From: Okamejei kenojei
Lineage: Eukaryota
DNA length: 64,000 bases
Reading direction: 5' to 3'
NCBI GenBank assembly: GCA_035221665.1
Contig: CM069162.1
Location: forward strand, 17,856,001 to 17,920,000
Shown here: piece by piece, positions 12,668 to 24,231 of the stretch
How the letters are laid out: each line of letters starts with the position of its first letter
How positions within the stretch are numbered: the stretch's first letter is position 1
Translations under genes and position numbers: made by a program
Notes under the pieces: model-generated
Told to the model about the DNA's origin: nothing
Seen by the model: only the letters and a program-made list of their open reading frames with translations
The model's database searches: none

Positions 12668-13330
12668 AGGGCCAGTCCCACGAGCATGGGACTCCATGCG
12701 GCAAGTGCAACCTAACGTGGTCGCTTGAGCCATACGGGCCCGCGGGGCCGGTCCCACTTCGATCGCCGGAGCGTATGGAGTTGTGCGGAGCTGGTCCCGA
12801 CATCGCGGGGAGCTCCGAAAAACTGACCGTGTTCAAAAATTCCGTGCGGCAATGTAGAACTTCCCACGGACTTCGCTTGAACTGTGATGTGGAAAAACAT
12901 GCCTTTGTAAATTATATGCTTTTGGACTGCAAAGATATGAACATCTGACAAGTACATAAAATTGCATTGTCAATGAGCAAGATGCATCCAAGTTATTTCT
13001 CTTTCCTTGAAAATGAATACAAAAACAGAATGAAAGCAGAATAGGGGAAAAATATTTCAAAATGGTCCAGTTTTTGTTTATGGCTTCAGAAGTTACATTG
13101 TGCAAACAAATAGAAAGTATTATTGTCGTACGCACGAACTTCCTGCGGACTTAGCTCGAACTTCACGTCACTCGCTCGACCTCCGCGCGGCCCCCACTTC
13201 CGGTTTGGTCGCGCTCGCTACATGCAAGCGCATGCTGGTGGGACCGGCCCTGTACGGAGATCACGCGACCCCCGCTTCCGGTTTGGTCATGCTTGCCGCA
13301 TGCAGGTCGCACGCTCGTGGGACAGGCCCT
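12668..13330. mobile_element. Non-autonomous PIF/Harbinger DNA transposon (MITE)
   Basis: TIRs AGGGCCAGTCCCACGAGC / GCTCGTGGGACAGGCCCT; TAA target duplication at 12665-12667 and 13331-13333. Confidence 0.9.
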
Positions 13331-14674
13331 TAAGTCTAACTTTGCGGATTAAATCGAGATACCATGTCATTCAATTTGCATTGAATTCTCCAAAGGGGAG
13401 ACAGCATTCTGAGCACTGAATACAATAAAACAAATTCTCACAACATACAGATGATAGTTAGGCTGATGTAATACCAGGCGATAAATAGGTTGGTTAACTA
13501 GTTCACTGGATACAGGTACAGGATCACCAACAGCAGCCTTGGAATGAGGCAGATTCCACTGAGCATATTGGAGCAGTTTAGTTTTAAGAGCCGAATAGTT
13601 TGAAAAATTACATTGTAAATCAAAATGAGCACCCATCACTGCTAATGGGTGACATATGTTCAAAATGCAACACCGTAGTTTGGAAGAAAGTGCACGACGG
13701 CAAAGGTTAGGCCAAAAACAGGGTATAAGTCATAATGAAATCACTTGACAACTGCACAGATTTAACACATTCAAAAGTGGACTGAATTCAGGGTAAAGTA
13801 TAATGGTACATTATAGAATTATTCTTTTGCTGTAGCTCTTGAAAAACAGTGTATAAATTAAGAAAATACGATGACCCTAGGAAATAAGGGAAATAGGAAA
13901 TTTCTACAAAATTTCAAAATTTAGTGATTTTGCTGCTTCACATTATAACTTCCATGTGGAAAAAGTTCAGCAAAAATTTACTTTGGATATAATTCCAACT
14001 CTCAAAATCCCCCTTTGCACAGATAGTCAAACCCATTATCATTGTTACTTTTAACATCCAAGACATAGAACAGGAATACAATTGCATTTTGAATCTTCCA
14101 CAGCTGGCGGTAAAATAAATGTAAATCTTAACTACTCAGCCCACTAAGGTTGCAACCTGTTTTAATAACAGCTCAGACATGTCCATTAAAGAACGGAATT
14201 GGAACAAGATATCTACACTGGAAACACTGTGATGAGAAATGCAGGTTCTTCTAGATACACTGCAAACTGATTCACCTTTGTTCTGCAAGAGCAATATTTA
14301 GCTTCCAGCTGATTAGCACTGGTTTCAGTTACTCAATTAAACAAAATTGACCAAATTAAACCATAAGATTAAACCCAATCAACCATGAAAATATAAACCA
14401 TTTTATAGAATATCTTGTTCTACCATTCACTACTTCACCACAAAGGAATTTGAACTGGAGAGTGCATAATATTCTGCTGTCTGACATTAATAAAGCATAA
14501 GTGAACCATACATATTATACATTATTCTGCCCACTCAGTCCAAAACGTTCTTTGCAGATATAACTAAATACAAATGCAGCTTTTATGAAAACGCAGCTTG
14601 GATCCAGGATTCACGGCAATGAATATATTTTAAAGAATATCCTGCCATTTGGGAAGGTTTCTAAGCTAACAGGA

Positions 14675-14895
14675 GTGGCACAGTGGTGCAACTGGTAGAG
14701 CTGTTGCTTCACACACCAGGGTGCTGCCTGTGATCTTGTGGGTTTCCTCTTGCTGCTCCGGTTTCCTCCCACATCCCAAAGACGTGTGGGTTCCTCAGTT
14801 AAGTGGCCTGTGTGAAATTGCCCCTTGTGTGTCGTGAGTGGACGAGAAAGTGGGATAACACAAGACTAGTGTGTACGGGTGACCGATGGTCAGAG
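14675..14895 (+). mobile_element. V-SINE/HE1-like SINE (internally deleted)
   Basis: ggcacagtggtgcaactggtagagctgttgc head; ctccggtttcctcccacatcccaaagac core. Confidence 0.75.
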
Positions 14896-15296
14896 TCACA
14901 TGGCAGTTTCAGACAGTTGCTAGGGAGAAGGATGGAGTTGGCAATTAGGAAAGAGTTTTTGATGGGGCCCAACGATGGTGACCTTGGTCTTCCCAATACA
15001 GAGTTGGAGGAAATGATCGGACAATGTAAAGAGAGCGGTGAGGTCATAAACAGTTAGCATTAGCTCATTTCAGAAAGTCACTATGCACAAAATAAAAGGG
15101 CATGGACAGATCTCGAAGGGACACTGGCAGTAATGGTGTAAATACGAGAAGCAACGCCATTGAACATGATCCTCAGCAATGTGTGCATATATAAAGAATG
15201 GGAGGCAGCTAGCATGATTTGCCCAAGTGGCCAACATTTTGTTGAGGTAATGCCTTCAAGTAGGTCAAGGAGGAATAGATATATCTGTGACAATGA

Positions 15297-15740
15297 GATA
15301 GAATCATAGTGTGGAATCAGGCCCTTTGGCCCAATTTGCCCATTCTGACCAATACAGTAGGTCCCATCTACACCAGTCCCACCTGCCTGCGTTTGCCCCA
15401 TATCCTTTGAATCTATCCTAGCCATGTACCCGTCTAAATGTCTCTTAAACTTTACGAATATTACCTGCCTTAACAACCTCCACCAGCAGGTTCATACACC
15501 CATCACCCTTAGTGCAAACAAGGTCCCCCTCAGGTTCCTGTTAAATCCCCTCTCACATTAAACTGATGTCTCCTGGTTCTCGATTCCCCTACTCTGTGCA
15601 TTTTCTCGATCTATTCCTCTCATGATTTTGTACATCTCTATACAATCACCCCTTATTCTCTTGCGCTCCAAGGAAGAGTCTCAGGCTGCCCAACCTCTCC
15701 CTATATCTCGGGTCCTTGAGTCCTGGCAACATCCTCGTAA
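15297..15740 (-). mobile_element. Older CR1 LINE 3' fragment
   Basis: ORF 15081..15476 contains FKRHLDGYM; gcaacatcctcgtaaa corresponds to the FTRMLPG motif. Confidence 0.75.
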
Positions 15741-17118
15741 AAATAGATAGAATATCATAGTGAGTTTGATCACGTAATTCATTACCGTGAAGAGTATGTC
15801 TGAAAAGAGGGATTTGGAGTCAAATGGGCATGAAATTGGGAGACAAGCTTCTGTTGAATCTACTAAGTTATTCATTTTCTGTTGCTTAAACAACTTTGGC
15901 TGTTCCGACTTTTCCACTCTTTTTAAAACTGAGCTACATCTGCAAAAAGAGATTTCACCAATGCACATATATTTACAGTTGGACGTTTTCCGATATAGAG
16001 TTACGTAATCTAATTGCCTGAGACCAAACAATGCTCTTCTGTTCAGAATTCCCCAGCTCAGTTGGTCTCGAATTGCCATCAAGTTAAGTGTGACAACATC
16101 AGACATCTGCGTAATCTATTAAACATCAGGCACTAGATTTCTGCGAATGCAGTTTTCTTGATGCAACTATTCTAGACATGAACAATGTAAAATATGTCAA
16201 CAGAGAGTACTTTTGTAATACGGGCCAAACACTGGATAATATTGCTGGAGAAACTACACAGAAAACTGAAAAGAGCTTTAGCCAAAGCAAATGGCTTGAC
16301 CTACACAACGTTTTATACTTCAACTTACATAAAAATCACCATTACAAACTTTCTACATTAGTTGTAACCCAGAGCTGCCGGGTTTATGGTTTATGCAATT
16401 AATGACAGAACTGCCAATAAGGGCAAATGGAGCAATCATCAGAACAAATTTTTATCAAATAAATGCAGGATTCCCCACAGAAAAAAAAAATCAACCCAAT
16501 GTCTGTTTTTGAATTCCTCTCACAACATTTTCACAAAATTACATATCACTCAGGTCAATTCCAATAGTGATTATCCTGCTAACTAATGGTTTACTGAATG
16601 GGTTAAGTCCCCCATAGCAGAGAAACCAACAGGAAATTTATTTTAGCTTGTTACAGTTTTGTCTAAAATTACTGAGTTTTATTTTTCCATTCTGCTCATA
16701 AATGTAGAATGTTTGGGAATAGTAGCATGCTAATTTGCCCTTGAATTTTCAGAAACATATGTGGAAAATGAAACTGAAAAATGCTCCAATGTAGATGGTT
16801 GAAAAGGACAGCATGGACCTACTGTAGAGCTGCAGAGACCGTTTCTGTGCTGTGTGACTAGATTACTCCATTACAGCACACTGAAGTAAAAATGCAGAAT
16901 GAATTGAATATTTGATGAATTGAACTGCGATAGCAGCAAAGAAGACTGCATATTATGAAACCCGTAAAAGCTGATGATTATCTTAACCTAATTGAGGAAT
17001 CGCCTAATTTAAAATCCACCCATTTATTGACTGCATTCTTCCCTCTGACCAAATGACTGACGTTCCCATCACAAATCTGCCCTTGGTCACAAAGTACATT
17101 GTTGGCGTATTCAACTTA

Positions 17119-17415
17119 GGGCAGTGAGGTGGCGCAGAGGTAGAGTTGCTGCCTTACCGTGTGCCAGAACACCCAGGTTTGATCCTGACCATGGGTGCTG
17201 TCTGTACGGGGATTGTACGTTCACTTTTTGATGGTGTGGGTTTTCTTCAGGTACTCCGGTTTCCTTCCACATTCCAAAGACGTACAGGTTTGTAGGCTTT
17301 GGTAAAGAAATTGCAAATTATCCTCAGTGTGTGTAGGATAGTGTTAGTGTATGGGGTGATCGTTTGTCGGCATGTACTCGGTGGGCTGAAGGGTCTGTTT
17401 CCACGCTGGAAATCT
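17119..17415 (+). mobile_element. V-SINE/HE1-like SINE
   Basis: ggtggcgcagaggtagagttgctgcc...acccaggtttgatcctgacc (A/B boxes) and ctccggtttccttccacattccaaagac core. Confidence 0.8.
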
Positions 17416-18379
17416 AACAGCAGTCGTTTTACACTACTGTATGCAATAGCAAGATACTTGGCTTTATTTATTCTGAACTGTGCAAGTCCAGAGTTTTCTT
17501 CACAGCACCGGAAGTGCATGATTTGTACTATTGTCTCAAAATTATCGTGCAATTATATGTTGAATTAGGACGTTATGTGAAGGGGGATGAGGGAAATTGG
17601 CCTTTTTAGTGATTATCTCACTATATCAAAACTCAATTGCTAGTGATGCAGGGGCAGAGACAGGCAATCGTATAGGGAACAAAATGTCAAAATCAGGTAT
17701 CACAGCAAATTGAATTTCTACGCATGCTAAATTCCAGTTCTGCAGCCTGTACGGAAAGTGCGTGGAGCAGTTGGCACCATTTGTTTGTTGTCAGTGCATC
17801 AGTGTGTTGACTACACTGGTTACACAGTCCCTTTTTGAGCCTGATTTAATGCTAACAGTTCTTCAGCAATGATTGAAACCGCTTGTTCACAGTTTAACAT
17901 ATCTACAGAATGAGGAACAACTGAACAACTGTTGTGACAGTGCAACTTAGCTGTAGGATGTGGAGAGATGGAGAGGGCTTGTGAGCAGCCAATATCAATC
18001 AATCTCAACTGAAGAACTGTGCACATTAGTTAGTCTCAAAGGGGACTGGGGGCCGTAGACAACACAGTTGCACTAGTGTCAGCTGTTCACAGACCTCAAG
18101 TTATTCTATGGGCTCCAAAATGATTTCCAAATAATATTGAGTCCCAACACATTAGTTTCCCCCAAACTTTATTGGACTAAAATAAGGTATTTCGTGCTGA
18201 TTTTACATAAACCGTGCTGAAATTATTTAACCATGATGAAGTAACACCAAATACACCTGAAATTTTACAAAGTAAAAAAATAGCTCAATTATTTGACTCC
18301 CACAAATGTACAATCGCTGACAGATTCACTAAAGGAACTTGTCCATTAAATTTCAAAATTTCTTGTTCCATCAGCTTAG

Positions 18380-18655
18380 TTGTTTTAGTTGAGAGAGGTA
18401 GCATGGAAACAGACCCTTAGGCCCACCGCATCCACGCCGACCATCGATCACCCGTTCACACACTAGTTCGACACACTAGGGGCATTTTACGGAGGCCAAT
18501 TAACCTACAACCCGCATGTCAATGCAATGTGGGATGTCAACGCAGTCACACGGAGAACATGCAGACTCCACATAGACAGCACCCGAGGTCAAGATCGAAC
18601 CCGGGTCTCTGGCACTGTGAGACAGCGATTCTACCAGCTGCGCCACTGTGCTACC
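18380..18655 (-). mobile_element. V-SINE/HE1-like SINE
   Basis: Reverse complement: gcacagtggcgcagctggtaga...gagacccgggttcgatcttgacc. Confidence 0.8.
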
Positions 18656-19084
18656 CATATTGTGAGGACAAACAAGGGAATAAACAGCATATCCTGCTGA
18701 CCACCTTAGAAAACTGGGCTTTCTTGAGGTGCTGCGGATCATCATCAACAGCAGAAAAAACTGTAAAACGCCACCATCTGTAATCTTGTAGCCAGACATA
18801 GTCTTTACTTTGCCATTACAATCAAGCCACAGAATCATCCCTGGTTCAAAGAGTCCAATGAGCTGAGCCAGGTGGAGCATTAGGCGTCCTTTAGATTGAG
18901 GTACCAAGCTGCAAAACGGGCTACATTCATGCTGAACAGCAAGCAACAGATGGACCGTGGTAATGGTAAATCCAACAAAACAAGATCAGAATTCTGCAAA
19001 CCTGCCACAGCTGTGCTCTACGGTGATGGAAAACTAAATGAATAATGGGAGGAGATTCTGAGAACTTTGCCACACTGTGGTACT

Positions 19085-19376
19085 GTGGCACAGCTGGTAG
19101 AACGAGTGCCTCACAGCACCAGACACCCCAGTTCAATCCTGAACCTTGGTTGCTGTCCGTGTGGAGTTTGCACGGTCTCTCTGTGACCATATGGGTTTCC
19201 TCCAGGTGCTCCGGATTCCTCCCATAGATGGGCAGGTTTGTACGTTAATTGGCCTCTGTAAATTGCCCCTGGTGTGTTGGGAGTGGATGAGAAAAGCAGG
19301 TGAACGTAGAGTTAATGTGAACGGGTCGGCGTGGACCAGAGGGGCCCATTTCCCTGCTGCATCCTTACACTAAACT
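19085..19376 (+). mobile_element. V-SINE/HE1-like SINE
   Basis: gtggcacagctggtaga...cccagttcaatcctg; tgggtttcctccaggtgctccgg core; ctaaact tail. Confidence 0.8.
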
Positions 19377-19649
19377 CAGTGTCAGGGCACAACACATGGA
19401 GTTTTAAAGATAAGATTGAAGCATTCTCATCAAACTGAATTAGAAGCCCTTTCTGACACCTAACAAATAAATCACAACTCAGCTAAAATAATTCAATGCA
19501 TATTACATCAACAATAGCTGTGAACAAGAACAATGGTAGCAGACAACATCTCAGCTGTAGTACTAAGAAGAAACACTCTCCTTTAGGCATGCTGTTCCAG
19601 CCGATACAGTACCAACAATGCGGAAAATTTCCCAAGTTATGTCCTGGTG

Positions 19650-20385
19650 TAGGGTCTCGACTGAAAATTCTTAGCAGTTCAAGCAGCATTTGTGGAAGCA
19701 ACCGAATAGTTGACTTTCCAGGTTGAGGGAAGATAGCCAATATAGAGCGGCGAGTTTGAGGAGTTAGGCAGGGGTGGCAGGAAATAGATGGAACCAGGTG
19801 AGGAAGGCGATGAGCAGATGAAGTTAGATGATGAAGGAATCACTGGCTGATGGGGTGAAAGGTAAGGACTCGGGAGACTCTGTCCCTGTTGTGATTGGGA
19901 GGAGGGGGAGCAAGAGCGGAGCTACTGGTTGCCGAGGAGACAAGTGTGAGGGCCTCATCTATCATAAAAGCTGGGAGCACTCCGAAGGGGTGGAGTAGAT
20001 GATAGTGGCTGGTAGGTAATAGGGAGAGCGATACGGAGAGGGAAACCAGGGAGCAGATGGAGTGAGGTGTGGGAGGGGAGGATGGAGATAAAGACGGAGG
20101 TTGGAAGGTGATAAGTGGAAACATAAGAGGCTGCAGATGCTAAAATTGCCAAAGAAGCAAGTGATAAGTGAAACCAGATGAGGACGGGATGATGGACAAA
20201 TGGACCCAGGTGGGGGTGGAGAATGAAACTGGATGACAGATGGGAGGAGCACAGAAAGAGAATATGGAGCACTGGAAGAGAGGGTCGCTGAAATAGGAAC
20301 ATTTGAGAGGTTATCGCCCTACACTGGCATGGGTAAGAGCTACTGTGTGGGAAGGAACTGCAGATGCTGGTTTAAATCAACTGAT
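19650..20385 (-). mobile_element. Decayed Penelope-like composite (ORF linker remnant and purine-rich terminal region)
   Basis: ORF 19840..20124 ends IDEALTLVSS...SALAPPPPNHNRDRVSRVLTFHPIS, resembling the RT-to-GIY-YIG linker (RVPLVLTFHP); flanked by fragments of the hammerhead-core element. Confidence 0.6.
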
Positions 20386-20399
20386 GTACATGTAGATTA

Positions 20400-21260
20400 G
20401 TTAGTAAATCTACAGACAAAACCAAAATTGGTGAAGTTGTGGATAATGAGGAAGGGTGTCAAAGTAGACAGTGGCATATACATCAGCTACAGAAATGGGC
20501 AGAGAAATGACAGAGTTGAATCCAAGCAAGTGTCAGATGTTACACTTTGGGAAGTTGAATGCGAGGAGAAAGTATATACTGTCAAAACTTTACAGCAGTG
20601 ATGCACGGGGAAATCTTGAGGGCCAAGTCCATAGCTTCCTGATCGTGGCAACACAAGTAGATTGAGTGGTAAAGAAGGCGAGTGGTATACATGCCTTCAT
20701 TGGTTGGGACACCGAGTATAATAATCAGGTTATGTTGCAGCATTATAGGTCTTTGGTTACGTAGCATTTGGAGTATTGTGTGCAGTTCTGTCCCCCCCCC
20801 CCCCCCCCTACTGGAAGGATGTGGACGTTTTGGAGTGGGAGTAGAATAAATTTACCAGAATGCCTGTCTGGATTTGAGGGTATTAAACAATTGATTGTTT
20901 TCTATGGAGCGTTGGAGGCTGAGGGGAGACCTGACAGAAGTATACTGAATTGTGCGAGGAACAGATTGGGATGAGAGCAAGTATCTTTTTCCCCAGAGCG
21001 GAAATGTCAAAGAATGAAGGGCATAGTGTTTAAAGGTGAGAGGAGCAATGCTTAAAGGAGCTGTCAGGGCACTTTTATTTTTACACGCAGAGATGGTGAG
21101 TGCCAGGAACACGCTGTTGTGGTGTTGTGGTGACATTTAAGAGGCTTTGAGTTAAGCGAATAGATATCATGAGCAGGCAGAGGTTTGTTTAACTTTGTAT
21201 CATGTTCGGCATGGACATTGTGGGCCGAAGGGCTTGTTCCTGGGCTGTACTGTTCTATGT
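20400..21260 (+). mobile_element. Degenerate CR1 LINE RT/3' region
   Basis: LNPSKCQMLHFG and LEYCVQF motifs; 3' end gggccgaagggcttgttcctgggctgtactgttctatg. Confidence 0.8.
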
Positions 21261-21639
21261 AAATGGACTGTAACAGTTCCAGAATGTGGTACACTACCTT
21301 CTAAACACACATATGCCGAAAAAAAAAAATATTTTTCATTTTGATATTGAGTTTAAATGAAATGCGTTATGTGGAGCTGATTTTACATTTAAACCAACAC
21401 TGAAACCCAATTAAAATAAATGGAATTATTACGCTGCTGCGTACCGCGTCTCAACTGCCCCAGTCACTGCAATTTATAGTTTAACTCACCGTGGCATTTA
21501 TAGCAAAGTACCGAAAATTTAGCAGACCGGGTGTTTAACCTCCCCCTCCCAACCCCAGTCATTTGACATCAGGAAAAGTCGACGGGGTTGGGAGGTCTTC
21601 CACTTGCCAAAACTCAAACAAAAGACATTTTTCTTGCAG

Positions 21640-21750
21640 CTCACATTCCTGTCAGCACCTTGATTTAATTGACAGATGGGGAGGGGCCTGTCACGCAAGC
21701 AAAGAGTGGGAGGGGCACAAACTACACATGTGGTAGATATTTAAGATGCG
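21640..21750 (+). promoter_or_regulatory. Putative ANGPTL7 core promoter
   Basis: Two GC-box-like GGGAGGGGC motifs (21678-21687, 21707-21716) and TATA-like TATTTAA (21738-21744), about 280 bp upstream of the ATG in TE-free sequence. The TSS cannot be seen from sequence. Confidence 0.5.
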
Positions 21751-22020
21751 GCCTCTGGGCTGTCTCAAGACTGCTTACATTTTGTTTCTGAAGGGAGACT
21801 GCAGGGAGACTTTGCTAGCTCAAGCAAATATAATGCTCACTGGATGAAGTGTGCACAAGAGGAACTTTTTTTTTTAAAGTGTTAACGAGTCAACTCTTTA
21901 AAGCACTCGGTCAAAGAAGTCGAACAGGACTCCAGTGCTTTTGACAATCTGCTACAAAACAGTGGCAAGTGTTTCAAACCCAAACGTATAGAGTGCTGTC
22001 ATTTCAATAATCACATAAGA

Positions 22021-22402
22021 ATGCCGGACAAAATTTTCCTCTGGCCTTTCCTGTTAATTTTTCTGCTCTGCAACTTCCCTCCATGCTACAGCCGGGCTCA
22101 AAAAGCACCCCGGAGAAGGGGAACGGCAGGAGGATTGAACCTTCCGAAGCTTGCCACCTGTTGCGATGAGGTGAAGGAGCTGAAGATTCAGGTGGCCAAC
22201 CTGACAGGCTTTGTCGCTGAGCTTAACAGGAAACAGGAGACCGACTGGATAAACGTCGTCATGCAGATGATGGAAGTCGAAAATAACTGTCGTCAGATTG
22301 AATCTCGCATTACAGAAGCTGAAGGAAAATACTCGGAAGTGAACAATCGGATAGACATTATTCAGCTTCAGGCAGCTCAAACCTTTACAGAGACATCAGC
22401 AG
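22021..22402 (+). CDS. ANGPTL7: Angiopoietin-related protein 7, coding exon 1 (signal peptide and coiled coil)
   Basis: MPDKIFLWPFLLIFLLC hydrophobic leader, then CCDEVKELKIQVANL...IDIIQLQAAQTFTETSA; donor G|GTAAGT at 22403; 382 nt. Confidence 0.95.
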
Positions 22403-24231
22403 GTAAGTGATGGAAATCGGGAGAAGGAGATGTTATTAAACACATGAATTCTCACGAGGTTCAATACTGCCAAGCATGACCCTGTAAATTTAAGTTTTAA
22501 AAGGTGACGAAAATAATCGGTAACTGCCCTTATTAGTCAAATTTGAACAACTTAATTATTTTATATTGACTTTAACCAAGTAAAATGTTCCAAGACACTT
22601 AAACGGATCGTTAACAACATTTGACAAATGGAAGCCACATGTTAAAATAATAAGGCACAGCTGTATAATATGGTTTGGGAATTTAACATTTTCTTAAATA
22701 TGACCCTATTCAAAATCATAAATAATTCAAAGGCATTCAAGGATGTCAACTATAGTAAAGGAACAATCAATCAGGCATCTGCATGGAACTGAACATTATA
22801 ATCACCCTTCTCCAAATCATTTCAATGCTTCCGAACGGACTCACCCCAACTAAGTTTGACAAAAGTTAATACGGTTAACATAACGTTTTCCTACATTTGT
22901 CAGATACCATTACTCTACAAATAGCTAACTAAACGGAGTAACGAATTTTTACTTTGTGATTCCGTTTACATATTGTAAGTTCAACATTCGTGGGTTACCA
23001 TACAAAACAAAATCATACTTAAAATGAATTATTTTATGGGCAATAGATTTAACTGCGATATTAATTGAACTAAAACTTCTCAAGATAAATGAACAAATGA
23101 TATATTATGTTTTCAATATGCCTTTTGAGAAATAATTATATTCAAACTGTATTTTATTTCAGCTCAAATCCATGTGCACTAATCTGAACAGAAACAACAC
23201 ATTCAAAAATCTCAAACAATGTTACCCTAAATGGCCTGACATGTGAAGTCATCACATTGATTTTATTTCTGACCAACTGCAGTATGTACTTGCAATTAAA
23301 AGGGAAGACTGATTAAGAGGGTTATTTATTTTCCCTTTATAAGGCTAGACAGCGTCTTAACAGAGGAAAACCTTTTCAAAAGAAATTGCAAATAAACCCT
23401 GTGTCTTTTCTATCATATGTTAACAAGTGATTGAACTAAAATCCAAGTTAAATAGCAGACTGCAAGCCCCAAGCCCTTATGTTGAACAATATTATCATTA
23501 ATGTGATCTAGCATTATCTGGGTAATAATCACAGTTGTTCTTCTATTCATCCACTGGGCATGCTGCGAAGCAAAAAAATCCCAAAGCATTTAGCTTCGCT
23601 GAGCTATTGTGAAGTAGCAATTACTGGTAATGTTAAAACTATGTGGCAACAGAAGTGCCCCCTGCGCAAGAATTACAGGTTTAATAGAGCTCATACTTGC
23701 ACCCTGTAGCTATAGATGATGGATTACAGGTTTAACAGATTAGATGCATTTCACATAAGTAACTTTTAGTTGGAACTCAGGAAAGGAATACTCAGAAGCC
23801 ATGGGTTAGAAATCTGCCCACTGTCATATTTAAAGAAAAACGTGTTAAAGTAACATTAACTACTGCACATTTGATTTTGTTCGGTTCCACTGAAGACAAA
23901 TCATCAAAGTGACAGGACAAAGTTGTACCCTAGTGTCACATGGAATTTCCTCAGGCAGCTGTCTAATCAGACAAGAAACTTCAGGGGTAATAAATTCTCA
24001 CAAGCAAGCCACTTGGCTTCTCAGTCACAATCTGAAAAGAATCCACAAATCTTTTTATATTTGCGTTTTATCTTCAATGAACAGCCTTCAAGAGTTGGGA
24101 GTTCAGAGAGCGATTTTCTTAGTATTTTTAGGATTCGTGTCCGTTTGAGAAAGCAAATTCAATTATCTTCTCCCTTTTACAGTCAACACTAGGAGTCAAC
24201 TTCTGCAACTGTGCTGCACTCTGCACTGATA

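Noticed and set aside
17119-17195. tRNA gene (also at the other SINE heads)
   Set aside because: Has A/B-box-like motifs but no clean cloverleaf, and continues directly into the SINE core and tail.
21833-21885. Short upstream ORFs in the presumed ANGPTL7 5' UTR
   Set aside because: The TSS is unknown, contexts are weak, and such ORFs are expected by chance.
17500-22020. Glucocorticoid response element upstream of ANGPTL7 (the mammalian gene is steroid-induced)
   Set aside because: No convincing AGAACAnnnTGTTCT palindrome found by eye; only half-sites.
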